Source: Dicyema japonicum (lineage: Eukaryota; Animalia; Dicyemida). From it: a stretch of DNA of 64,000 nucleotides. Positions 1 to 11,889 of the stretch are shown piece after piece. The notes below the pieces were generated by a model. It did not search any database. It was not told where the DNA came from and worked only from the letters and a program-made list of their open reading frames with translations. The stretch is taken from positions 476,678 through 540,677 of the forward strand of contig RDEW01000001.1 of assembly GCA_011109175.1 (NCBI GenBank), in the 5' to 3' direction. Made by a program: the position numbers and the translations under genes. Position 1 is the first letter of the stretch. Every line of letters begins with the position of its first letter.

Positions 1-469
1 CTTGGGCAATTAATTATTAAACGTTTAAATTAATAATTCCCACAATTACGTAACTACGAATCACTCAGGAAAACTACGAATTCGTTTATATTGAGATGGA
101 GACTTCCGAGGTGTTGGAGACACCTTTCTCTTCAATATCGAACGAACGATCAGTTTTGACCACGTGTCGTAGTTTGGCGACCAATTAGTGAATGTTAGTC
201 TAAATTATGTGAGGATAAATAAGAATATCAGTGCAAACGTTAAAATTTTATAAATTAACCTCACATAGCTCCGACATAAAAATTATCCTGAAAATTAGGT
301 CAAGTGAAAAGAATTTGCTAATAAATGATTTCAAGTTAATGAAATCCGATTCCATAAAAAATGAAATTTGTATTAATCAATACATAAGTGTCAGAGATCA
401 CTTAGTTTAGGACATTCATCACTTTACTGATTAGAGTTCTGAGAAGGGAAACTCCCAAATATTCAAGTG

Positions 470-945
470 AATGGAAGATTTCAAGGCTAAGGTGAATCTT
501 AAGAGGCTTATAGGACCAGAGATACACCAGACGTAAGCCGAAGAAAAATAATATCTTGCTAACCTTTGGTCTCCTTTGACTTCTTGGATGATGACATACT
601 TAACATAATCAGGATATTTTAGTGCAATCGCGATAGTTCAATAATCGAATTTGACAACCAAGATGGCTATACCAAAGTGTTAATTACATGGTGTTACCTT
701 TGCTCACCTACGATACACCTTCCTGCTATTTTAGCGATGAAAGGGATCAGTGGAAATCCTGAATAAAGTTATAAGTACGGCATGTATAAAGAATTTATGG
801 CTAAACACGAAAGTCATCAGTAACAAACTAAGGATACTGTTGTATAACTCGGTTGTCAAACCTATACAACGCTGGGACTTGGGTACCTCACCATAGGAAG
901 GGAAGAAACTGGACTCTCCAAAAAATCACTTGAAAAAGAGAGAGA
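470..945 (+). mobile_element. Degenerate RTE-like non-LTR RT/thumb remnant
   Basis: Reads KNLWLNTKVISNKLRILLYNSVVKPI (~790-865), matching the RLYNSLVKSILLY thumb motif of the RTE-like copies at 49.6 and 58.3 kb. Boundaries approximate. Confidence 0.5.
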
Positions 946-999
946 TCAGGCCTGTCGACCAGGTGTAAGCCAATAAGCCTGAGATAATAGAGTTTCTTT

Positions 1000-1405
1000 G
1001 AAGACTATTGGGCACAATCTGAGAATGAAGTTGACATCCTCATCGAGGTAGGCCAAGAATGACTCTGCGGTCGTCGTCATACAAAAGGACTTGATAACCT
1101 TTAAAAAAAAATTGAAAACCGCGATTTTAGCGGAAAAGTCGATATTCGGAGTCTTCACAAAATCCCTGGAATCCACCCAACCATTAATTAGCTTAGTGAC
1201 TTCCTCAATTGCCTTCTTCCATACACTATCGAAATATCTACAATCATACAGAAATTTTGAGCCGATGCCACGTCCAATGAGAAGAGCTGTTCAGGATTCT
1301 CGACCCCGCCGAACTCGTCCTTTCCTTTGTCGTCTGGATCACTTAGTTAGTTGAGAACTTTTTATTTCTGTCTCTTTGACCCAGTGATCCTGGAGGTAAT
1401 AATGA
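1000..1405 (+). mobile_element. 3' fragment of Ingi/Vingi-like LINE
   Basis: PRPMRRAV resembles PRPIRKCVG in the 10.5 kb copy. Ends GGATCACTTAG, then the family 3' UTR TTTGACCCAGTGATCCTGGAGG and a TAATAAT tail. Confidence 0.65.
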
Positions 1406-1424
1406 CAATAATAAATTATTATTT

Positions 1425-1500
1425 ATTTATTATTTAATAACCCCGAAAAGGGAACACCAAGAAAGAAGGAGTAATCCAACTAATTAAGTGAGTTGAATTT
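1425..1500 (-). mobile_element. Inverted 3' end of the same LINE family
   Basis: Reverse complement reads CACTTAATTAGTTGG...TTCTTTCTTGGTGTTCCC...GGGGTTATTAAATAATAAATAAAT, similar to the 3' end at 57775-57840. Confidence 0.5.
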
Positions 1501-1505
1501 TCTCG

Positions 1506-1568
1506 TGGCGTCATGTGGTTCACCTTTTGTGGTGGCGCTCAGTGTAATAATACACCAAAAAGAACCAT
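1506..1568 (+). ncRNA. Putative HDV-like ribozyme (degenerate) at LINE 5' end
   Basis: P1 TGGCGTC/GGCGCTC (first pair mismatched), P2 GTGGTTC/GAACCAT, P3 ACC/GGT, L3 TTTTGT, P4 GTGT/ACAC, candidate catalytic C at 1556. Folded by eye. Confidence 0.55.
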
Positions 1569-4420
1569 TTGCTCTTCCCCATCCAGACTCTTATGCCTGG
1601 ATGGTATACCTCAACTGGAAACTCGAGATGTTGTTTGCTCCCCTGGATTCTATTGCTTTCTGGAGATATTGAACAAAACCCCGGACCAAAACCCCTTGTT
1701 ATTATGCAACTCAATGCTAACGGAATAAAAACAAAGATTCTGGAGTTACGATCTTTATTAACGAAGCACAAGATTGACATCTGCCTTATCTAGGAGTCAA
1801 AACTTTTTACAAAGAATACAACCCCACTTTTTCCTTGATACATCTCTATCAGAAAAGGCCGTATCGGACGTGGTGGCGGATTACTCTTATTAATAAAAAC
1901 GGTTTATCTTCGACTATGTAGCTCGCAAGTGGATGATTTAATTTTACACGACAAGACCGCGGAACAAATTTCTATTGATCTTATTAATAGGTCAGAACAT
2001 CTTATTCTAATCAACTTTTACATTCCACCGCCGGGATCCTGTCCTAATAACTATGTTCCGAAGCTCGACAAACTACAAGAAATTCGAAATGTGTTACTAT
2101 GTGGGGATTTCAATGACAAACATCCGCATTGGCTTAGTACTCAGTCGGCAGACAAGAGGGGGAGTCTAATTATCGACTCTCTCAAAAAAATGGTGATTCT
2201 GAATCACCCGAATATGTTCACAAGGACATCTATCCGAAGAAATGACAACCCAACCTCCCCCGACATATCCATTGCTTCCTCTAGGATTGTCCCGAAGATT
2301 TCATGGAACGTCTCCTAGGATTTTTATAGTGATCATAATCCAATCATATTAAAACTGAGCCGATTCAATAACTCGCGTAGAATTAAAGCAACCTTCAAGG
2401 TCTACAAGAAAGCTGACTGGTCGAATTTCAAGCTCTTCATTGACAATAACCTAATACACTTTGATCCCACCTCATTTTGCTCCATCGACAAAGCAGTGGA
2501 CCATCTAAACCATGTAATCCTTCAAGCTGAAAAGTTGTTTGTACCACGTGCAGTTTACAAATCCTACAAGCCTACTCTGGACTCGGAGACTCGTCTCCTC
2601 ATCAAACAAAGAAACTCCCTGAAGATGAATCATCTGCAAACCTCTTCTGATTTGCAAAATATAAAATGCTTAAATCAGAGAAAAGAAAGATAGGGCGTGG
2701 AAGCGCCTATTATCATCTATTGGACATATGAAATCCACGAGTCTTTTATGGAAAACTATTCGTCGAATCAAGCTAAACTTATCAGATGAATCAGAATCTT
2801 TTTCTGCTCCAAATACTGTGCAAGCTAACAACCTAATGAAATATTACGCATCCATAAGCCACAAGGACTTCTCGAAATCCATTCTTGTCACTTTCGGAAT
2901 TTAGTGCCTAAACCAACTTCATGGATCAATCTGTTTACGCATGCCGAGGTCACACAGGCTATAAGATCGATGAAGAGATCTTTTACGTGTGGACCTGACG
3001 GCATCCCGGGAATTTTGTTAAAACACCTTGGTAATGCTGCAATCAATTCAATTACGTCAATTTTTAATTTGTCTTCTAACATGAACGTCATCCCATGCAA
3101 ATGGAAAAACTCACTTATAATACCGATCCTTAAACCAGGAAAACCGAAAACCTTACCTTCTTCCTACCGTCCAATTTCATTAACGTGCGCATTATCGCGC
3201 CTAATGGAGAAACTCGTACTCTGGAAAATTAAACCCCATTTGCCCGACTGCCACTTTCAACATGGTTTCAAATGTGAGCGTTCAACTACGACACATTTGA
3301 CTTCACTGTCTCAATTTATATCAGAAGGGTTCAACGTAGCGAAACGCCATCTACGGACAATAATGGTTTCCTGGATATCCAGAAGGCGTTCGATTCTGTC
3401 TCGAGAATATTACTCACGAAGAAGGTTTTTGACACCACCATTCAGACGGATTTGAAAGATGGATAGCCAATTTTCTCTCCGGAAGAAGAGGACGTGTCTG
3501 TATAGGCCACGCAAGATCGAGGTCCCGTCTCCTACCAAATGGCGTCCCTCAAGGATCGCCCCTTCTCCGGCATTATTCAACTTGTTCCTCAACGATTTAC
3601 CCTGCCCTGGAGGACCAGATTCAATGCTTCTCACTTATGCTGACGACCTAATCATCGCTAGCAGGAACAAATACGTGGGTACAGCAAAATCAGAGCTTCA
3701 GTCACATATTGACGACCTGGGAGCCTGGTTGAAGTTGAATCGTCTCTCCGTATCCAGGGACAAATCAACATATACAATCTTCACCACGGACAGAAAAGAA
3801 AAACATACACTTGATTTGAACATTTTGGAGACTCCTTACCACTACAGACTCGTCCAACTATCCTGGGAGTGACATTTGACCTTTGATGTCATTTTCTCAA
3901 CATGTGAAGAACGTTATGACAAAGGGTCTCAGGAAACTTAATATAATCAAACCGCTCTTGAAGTCAAACCTTCACAGGAATGCGCCCTCGTCGTGTTCAA
4001 TCAACTCCTAAAACCGACGATTGAGTACGCCTGTGCCTCATGGGCCTATGGAGCTTCGATATCAAATTCACTCAAGATCAATACCCTAATTGGAAAACTA
4101 GCACGTCAAACGAATCTACCCCCGATCTTTTCCCTCCAATGCTTGACCACGCCGCAATCAAAAATAATGGCTCCGGCTTCATCTGTCTGTGTGGCCAAGA
4201 AACAAGTCGTTTCTTCCATTCAAGGCTAAAGGCTTCAAATACTCGAAATTTGGGGAAAAACCCCACTCCTCTTCAAACCCTAATGAAAGATGATCGTCGT
4301 TTATTCAGGAAAGCCGTGGGTACTCTGGAGGAACACAGGAAAAACCTCTCGATCCTGTTGAGGCGTACCGGATCACAATAATAAATGCCTCCTTCAGACC
4401 ATCCGTGACCGCTATTATAA
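1506..4420 (+). mobile_element. Full-length but disrupted Ingi/Vingi-like LINE (ribozyme-2A-APE-RT, no RNase H seen), ~2.9 kb
   Basis: LLLSGDIEQNPGP, then APE (QLNANG, GDFN, TSPDIS, SDHNP) and RT (YRPISL, QHGF, GVPQG across a frameshift, LFNLF, YADD). Several stops and frameshifts. Clade call rests on motifs and architecture. Confidence 0.88.
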
Positions 4421-4469
4421 TTTAAAAATAATAATTAAATATAAATTTAAAGCCACTTTATTTAACCAA

Positions 4470-7400
4470 CAATAAAAAGTTAATATTTAATAATCAACAA
4501 CCTTCCTCGCCTGCCTGTTAGCCAGCCTCCTCAAGCAGGTTCGATACTGGTTGCAGAAACAACTCCAGAGCGCCTTGTCCAATTGAACTCTCTGCCTATA
4601 TGGCCTCTCCGGGCTCTGCCTACTATACTCCAGTGTCAGGCTCTCTAGGGTCCGCTTTAATACAGTGGACTGTAGATAGGCCTGGAGCTTCCTATCTACC
4701 CCTAACTGCTTCAGATAACCCTTGTAGTACTTTGTTGCAATTCCTTCCCACGTCATTATTATATGAATAACGAGGACCTTGCAACCAAGCATCTGCCCCA
4801 TCTCGTTTGCAAGCAAGTCATACTTCCTTTTTTTCTCCACCTCCACAGTCTGCAAACGGTCTTGAGACGTAATGCCAACCTCTATGATAAGGACTTGGCC
4901 AGACTCCTTATCGTGTACCACAATGTCTGGTTTATTGTGCTTGACTAGCACCGAGGTACGGATAACACTGTCTACCTTAATTTGGACCCTGGTGTTCTCT
5001 ACTACAGATTGCACCTTATGAGTCCGCAACTTTCTGGTGTGGCGAATACCATACTTATTGCATAGTAGAAGATGAAGACTCCTTACTACCTCGTTATGCC
5101 TCTACACATAGTCGTGGCAGAGCATGGATCCACATCGAGTGGCTAAATGATCAACCGACATGCTCCTTGACTTACAGTGGGGACATGTATTTGTTGATCG
5201 ACCCCAAAAAATATTGCGGTCTTGCATATACGTGTACAACGCCTCCGATCGAGGTGAGTTGTCACCGTATTTTAGCCATATTGTCGACGACTTAAGGTCG
5301 ACATGTGGGTTGTCCAATGCTCTGAAGAGGACCTTATGAAGGCTTTTTAAGTTGATCTTTTCCATCAAATTATTATATTGTAATTCGATCAACGCCTTCA
5401 CATTTACTAGCCCACCATCATCAACACCATACTTAGCAGACAAAAAAGGTCTGATAGTGCCTAGGTGGGTTGCCCGTGTTTTCTCGGTCGTTATTATGGC
5501 GTGCTTCCTAGCAGACACACTTGACCCAGCTATCAGGGTGTCGTGCATTCGCATTAGGATACGCTCACTTAGTTGGACTACTCCACACAGTCCACGGCCG
5601 AATTTATCACGGGGTAAATATAGTCTCTCCTTATTGGCTGCCAACACATGGACATGGTTCTCTCTGAGTACTCCACGGATCATAACATCCATCTCATCAT
5701 ACTCTTTGGGCTCAAACTCCACAACACCTATGTAGTAGTTTAGCAGCGAGACAGCATACTCATTTAATGCTAGGAACAAATTCCTTGCATTTAGAGACGT
5801 CTTACACAATAACGCTGCTCTTTTACGGATGCCTTCAGTAATTTGTCGCTTTGTCTCAGGCATTATAAGGGACTTTGGAGATTCGGTAACACCCAGATAC
5901 TTATATCCTTCGTGTTCCTCTAGGACTCTTACTAACTCGCTACATACTTGCGTGTTAGTCGCAGACTTTGAATAAATCAAATCTAGCCTATACTCTCAAA
6001 GAATTCCCTGGCACAGACTCCCATGGAGTAGAGCTCCTCGGCTGTTTGAGCATACATCTTCAGGTCATCGATAAAAAGAAGGTGATTTGTGCTAAAGCAA
6101 CCCCTTCACAATGAACTGGTATTTGCTCAAACCGGTCATTGAGGCGGATACTCAATGGCTCCAAACAGATAATAAAGAGAAGCGGAGACATTATCCCCCT
6201 GAAAGATCCCCCTCTTAAGTTTTACCTCGCCTATCCGGTACCTATTATAGTTCAGATGAATTACTCCACCTATTCATCACAGCCACTACAAAGCTGATGA
6301 ACCACACAGGCATACACAGGCTGTGTAGGCACTCGACAAGGTAAGAATGATCAACTGAATCGTAAGCCTTCTTCACATCCACCCACATAGACAAATGTGA
6401 GTTTCCGTGAGACATAGAAAGGCATTTGTTGATCAAAGCCTGCTCTTTTGCCCCCTGACAATTTCGCACAGTACCCAACTAATTCTCGGAGAATCCCATT
6501 TGCTTCTACAAAGCTCCTGACCTCATTAGCCACCAATTTGGTCATCAGTTTATACAGGGTTGGCATGCAGGTTATCGGTCGATAATCTGCAGCAGATTGG
6601 GGTTGTCCAGCTTTGGGATCAAAATAAGTTGTCCCTGTGCATGCCCAATCAGGAATCGTTTCCGGTTAGTGATGCTTTCTGTAATACACGACACATAGAC
6701 TCGTGCGATGAAATGCATCTTTTGATAAAGAAATTATAAACTTTATCGTCCCCGGTCGTTTTCCAATCAGGGAGATGTCTCACTACCGCCTCAAACTTCT
6801 TGCGGAAATCGAAAATTCCGCACAATTCCGCCAAGAAAAGAGCGGCGCTGTACGGGACATTCCACGCATTACCTCTGCGTGGTTTAGCCTCCCACATACT
6901 ACCCATGGTGGCTTAGTGGTTAGGTGTCGGGCTTAAGTGGCTTAGGTTACGGGTTCGAATTTCGCTGCTGTTCACCTGGTGGAAGGTTCCACGCATCTAC
7001 GATGCAGAAATGGTTTGACGAGTGACGCCGTCATCAGTGAATACTCACTGCGGAACTGGATTGTCTAGAAAGGACACTCACACAAGAAAAAGAAAAAAGA
7101 AGTGAAGATCATTTCTTGGTTCTACGATTAGTTAAAATTAACTGTTCTTTACTTAAATGTGTGTCCTGCCTATGTGGAGCTATAAAATACTATGGCTCTC
7201 GTGAAAAGGCTTTATTATTATATTATACTACCCCATGTGGAAAGCATTTCCGCGTCCTGCTGGGAACATACACTATGGCCATTTTCGTGTAGGCGGCGGT
7301 AAAACAATCTGCGATTAAACTTAAACAGATATTTTATCTCCTTCTCTTACACCGACTTTCATGTTTTTAGAGTTTCTTCTTATACACCATTATTGCCCCC

Positions 7401-8100
7401 TCTAATCCCACTTTGCCCTCCTCAACTCTTTGAGGTCCCGTTTGGGAACACGGAGTTTACTAATTAGCCTTTTACTAGAGGCGGTGCTTTTCTTCTAACC
7501 CCTCTCGCCACACTACTTATGTGCCCCTCCAGTGCTTCCAGCTCAGTCTGTCTCCAAGCAATCTTGGCACAGATCTGTTCCCTCCATTTACTGGGTAGTC
7601 TGGTGATCTGTGCTGCATACAGCACTAGGGAGATGTCACCCAGTGACCCTACTGGCTTAGCCTCCATCGCATAAGCCACAGCCTTATTGATACAGGTTAA
7701 CACTACTCCGTTAACTTTACAATGAGGGATCTTGCGGGTAAATCTACGGTCCTCAAGTGGGACATCTGCAGCTGCAGCGAGATTCCGCGCAAAGACCTCA
7801 TAAACATGCTTGAGCTGCAACGTATCACAGCTCTGGTGCTCGTGCTCTCTTTGACAGTTGTGGTCATCTGGTCCCCGCCCATTTGAACCAGTACCCTCTT
7901 TGCCTACAGCCATTTTATTGAGTTCACTCACAGATATAGCAGTACTGAATCTGCCACTGCAGAGTTTCGCCAAGTATGGCCAACCATTCCAGGGCATTCG
8001 GGATAGCCTGCTACGTACCTGCAGGACTACCTGCCTCACCCATTCTTTTGGGTCAGCTGCCACAACGCTTTCGGATATGGCAAGAGTAATATTCATACCA
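4470..8100 (-). mobile_element. R4/Dong-like REL-type non-LTR retrotransposon, disrupted and interrupted by a SINE
   Basis: PTLYKL, KAYDSV, YKYLG, ERLYLPR, CPHC...HLATRC zinc knuckle, NKPDI...IEVG and EKKRKYDLLANE (PD-(D/E)xK endonuclease). Confidence 0.9.
6908..7224 (+). mobile_element. tRNA-derived SINE, copy 1
   Basis: A box TGGCTTAGTGG, B box GGTTCGAAT, (TTA)n tail. TSD ATACTACCC(C)ATG at 6896-6907 and 7225-7237. Splits the R4-like ORF at LSTWGSMW. Confidence 0.9.
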
Positions 8101-8589
8101 TCAGGTAACGCAAGTGACCTTTCTCTTTTTTTCCTTTCAACATTTTTACCAACTTTGAGAGTTTTAACGCCACCGAAATATAAATTAATAAATTAATTAA
8201 AGTTACTTTGTGAGTATCACGTGACTTATCAAATAATGACTATATTAGGATTACTTCCTTTGAACAATTTGAGTCTGTAATAAACGATCAATACATGTGA
8301 GTTCAATTATAATACTAGTGATCTTGTCATTATCTTCTTTACGTCCCCATAACTGGCCAGTGTCAGCAAATGAGGGATATTTTAACTGAACTAGACGAAG
8401 ACAAGGTGATGTACAACAGAGTCATCCTTGAAGTAGTCATCTGGTATCATTTCAGGTCCCTTCGGAGGAAATGATTCCTTTGTCTCAGAAATACTAAGTG
8501 AAGGTGGCCCCAACAGTGATATATGTCAGAGTTTGGGAATTTTGTTATTAAAGGGTGGATTTGAATTTGACAGAGTGGAAGGTTTCGAT

Positions 8590-10640
8590 ACCTTCGACTG
8601 ACTCCGTCTTCTCCCACTCCCGTCTTTCCAAACTATCACGTCATCAGGCGCGACCGCCCAGCTGGGCGGGGTGGAGGACTGCTTACCCTTATCAAAAAAG
8701 AAATTCCGTACGCAAACGAAACTTTTGTCAACCTCAAGTCTCCGACGTATATATTGGTATTTCAGTCAAGACAAGCATCGGAAACATAAACATATTGAAT
8801 GTGTATGTGCCACCGCCCAACTCTTGCCCCAAGGAATTCAGGTTCTCCCTGTCAGACATCGACAAATCAAAAAATATGTTACTTTGTGGAGACCTAAACG
8901 CAAAGCATCCGACATGGTTCAAGAACCAACCATGCGATGTCAGAGGAAACCAATTGTTATCGAATCTGGATGACCTGATAATATTAAACAACCCTACATT
9001 CAATACAAGGATTCCCTATAGAGCGAATGACATGACATCGTCCCCCGATCTTACTCTTGCCTCACCAAACATCGCAACATTAACAAAATGGACAGTACTA
9101 TACGAGACCAGCAGTGACCATAATCCCGTTATGATTACGTTTGAAGGAAGAGTGTCAATTGTAAAGAAACCTGTTTTATTTACCGACTACAAAAATGTCG
9201 ACTGGAAAAAGTTCTCAAATTTTGTCGACTATTATCTACTTGACTTTCATTTATCCAATTTCAACTCCATCGATAAAGCACTACACTATTTTATTCCCTG
9301 TGGTCCGGACGGAATCCCTGCAATAGTTCTGAAAAACATAGGCCCCTATGCTATCATGGACCTCACAAAATTTTTCAACTTTTCAATCAACGAAAATTGT
9401 ATTCCTTCCATATGGAAGCTATCAAACATACGACCTATTATGAAACCCGGGGGACCAAAGGGATCACCAGCCTCATACAGACCAATATCTCTCCTATGTG
9501 TTACATCAAAAGCTGATTCTTGAACTAATCAAACCATACCTTCCTGATGCACCTTTTCAACACGGATTCAGAAAAAACTCCACAGAAACGCATCTTACAT
9601 GCCTTACAAATTTCATCAAGGATGGACTAAAGCGCAAACCTCATCAGAAGTCTTTGTTATGCTCCATCGATATAGAAAAGGCTTTTGATACTTTCCCAAG
9701 AAAGTTTTTGATAAGGAAGATCTTTACGTCAAAAATTCCAAACAACCTGAAAATCTGGATCGCTAATTTCCTAAATGGAAGAAGAGGAAGAGTAACTGCT
9801 TGAAAAACTAGATCAGTGACCAAGTTCCTTCCAAATAAGATCCCTCAAGGATCTCCACTTTCACCACACCTATTCAACCTATTCCTCCCTTACCAGTGAC
9901 GATACTCTGGTTTGACATATGCGGATGATATAATCGTCGCAGTCAAAGAACAGTGCGTTAATACTGCTGTTTACCGGATACAAGCTTCATTGGAAGATCT
10001 GAACTGTTGGCTCGTTAAGAACATTCTACATACAAGTCTCGAAAAGTCTTATACAATAATTTTCACAACAAACAGAAGATTGACAAACTCCGCTTCATGT
10101 GTAGCCATAAATGGAAACTCAATCCCCACGACCAACTCGGTCAAGATACTGGGCGTAACTTACGACCCACTCTTGACCTTCAGCAAACACATCGACAACG
10201 TCATCTCTTGGGCACAACGAAAGCTAAATTTTGTTAAAACACTCCTTGGACAATATAATGAGTGTTTCAACTCAAATTTGGACTCGCTCTACGTGCAGTA
10301 TATTCAACCGTCTCTAACTTACGGGTGTGCAGCATGGGGAACCAACCTATCAAACAGGAATAAAGAAAAAATCAATACCTTCCAAAAAATAAGGCTTTGC
10401 AAAGGTTTTCTTGGACACCTCTAAACCCTATACCCTTTGAGGAATTAGTGAGGAAAACCGGAGCCTTACTACCCTCCAAAAAAGTTAGAAAACCCCGCCC
10501 AATCCGGAAATGCGTTGGAACCCAGGAAGAACATCGAGCAAGAATGAGATGGCTACTCGAGGCGGCCGGAATCACCTGACGGCTATGTAGTTAATTAATT
10601 AATTTGTCGGTGATTTTTGGTTTTTAATAATAATAATTTG
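8590..10640 (+). mobile_element. 5'-truncated, internally deleted Ingi/Vingi-like LINE
   Basis: APE (RRDR...GGG, GDLNAKH, SPDLTL, SDHNP), RT (YRPISL, QHGF, DIEKAFD, PQGS, YADD), C-terminus LLEAAGIT*, (TAA)n tail. Confidence 0.9.
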
Positions 10641-11109
10641 AACCGAATAATCTTTATCATAAACAATCTTGTATAATTAATTGAGAAAATCTTTATTATA
10701 AACAATCTTTTAAAAGCCCCACTTCATGGCTATTCTTTCTCACAATAGCGTGCCAACTCGCTCGAATAGCCGACGTTCACTGAAATCGTCAGAACGGAAT
10801 GAAATCTGACTACCAAGTCGAACAATAAATTCCTTTTCGAAAATCTCATGGTAACGCAAGTATCCTCAGCAAGTGGAATAAATTAATTCATCTGGTACGT
10901 CAGCATACTTATCTTAGCACATGAAGAATTTAAGATCAGAAAAAAGCACGATTCAAACCAGAATACTTCGACCAGGTTGAAAGCAATGTGGAATTAAACA
11001 AACAGCGAATCACAACAGAACTAACCACAACAGTCCGGTTCTAGAATGATTATTAACTGTTTTTATTTGGATTAAAATATATTTAATACAAATATAAATG
11101 AATAAAATT

Positions 11110-11565
11110 TCATTTAGAATTCAAATCCATATTCATGGCTTTGTGGAACCCTTCCATAACATACTTTCTAGTCTCTTCATTAGCCATGAGTCGCTCAGTC
11201 TCAGATTGTATGTCCTTCTTCCCAATTACAAACTCTTTTTTATTATTTGGAGACAGTTGCCTCCATATTTTCTTTTTCTCCTTATGTAATACGACACAGA
11301 CTCTTCCGCCAGATAAGAACTCGGAATAAAGTGAGAAATACCTTTATTGAACTTTTATTGGGTTCTACAGCACGTGAAAGCAAAATCTTTAGACTGTGGG
11401 AGTCCAATGACACTTCCACTAGGTCGGGCTTGTTGTGGGTTAAAGATATTTTGTTTGAGTCATATTCGAAGTCTGGTTTAATGTAAATTTTTATCTGGTC
11501 TTCTGTTTGATCCCAAACTTAAAAATAAGCAATATTATACAGTAAGATTTTATAGGATTATGCAT
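11110..11565 (-). CDS. CS (p23-like) domain co-chaperone, CacyBP/SIP-like; 2 introns (23 and 22 nt)
   Basis: Spliced product MHNPIKSYFWDQTEDQIKIYIK...SSIKFLSGGRVCVVLHKEKKKIWRQL...MDLNSK*. GT-AG introns, first at 11518-11540. YxWDQ and K..W..L are CS-domain motifs. Confidence 0.72.
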
Positions 11566-11889
11566 TTTGGATTAGTTCACGCAACACGAAACAAAGCAAT
11601 ACAGGTTTTTAAGTTTTGATAATTTATTTAAAATTAATTTTAATATGTTTTTAATTATTTTAATTTTATTACAAATTGATGAGATTTTGTCCTAATAAGA
11701 TGAACAACACGCATAAAGTTTCTTGAAGTTTGCAGCAACTTTTTTTTACTTTAGGAAAGAGATTAAGAAGAGAGACAGTCGAATTAAAGCAAAAAACGAC
11801 ATTTTCCTCTTTAACATATCTGAAAAATCCTCGGGTGATTTTTGACATGCAAATGTTATTTACGCCTTATGTTAAAAGTTGTAGCCAGA

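Noticed and set aside
88-138. Hairpin (ATATTGA/TCAATAT, AGGTGT/ACACCT) as a miRNA or MITE
   Set aside because: Single copy, interrupted stem and no TSD. Plausible by chance in AT-rich DNA.
6906-6970. Functional tRNA gene
   Set aside because: The anticodon and acceptor stems do not pair, and the sequence continues into a repeated body and tail bounded by TSDs. It is a SINE head.
1700-10600. Programmed frameshifting, read-through or an alternative genetic code behind the broken RT ORFs
   Set aside because: Spliced host genes read cleanly in the standard code. Lesions differ between copies, and the duplicated NHE exons show assembly indels.
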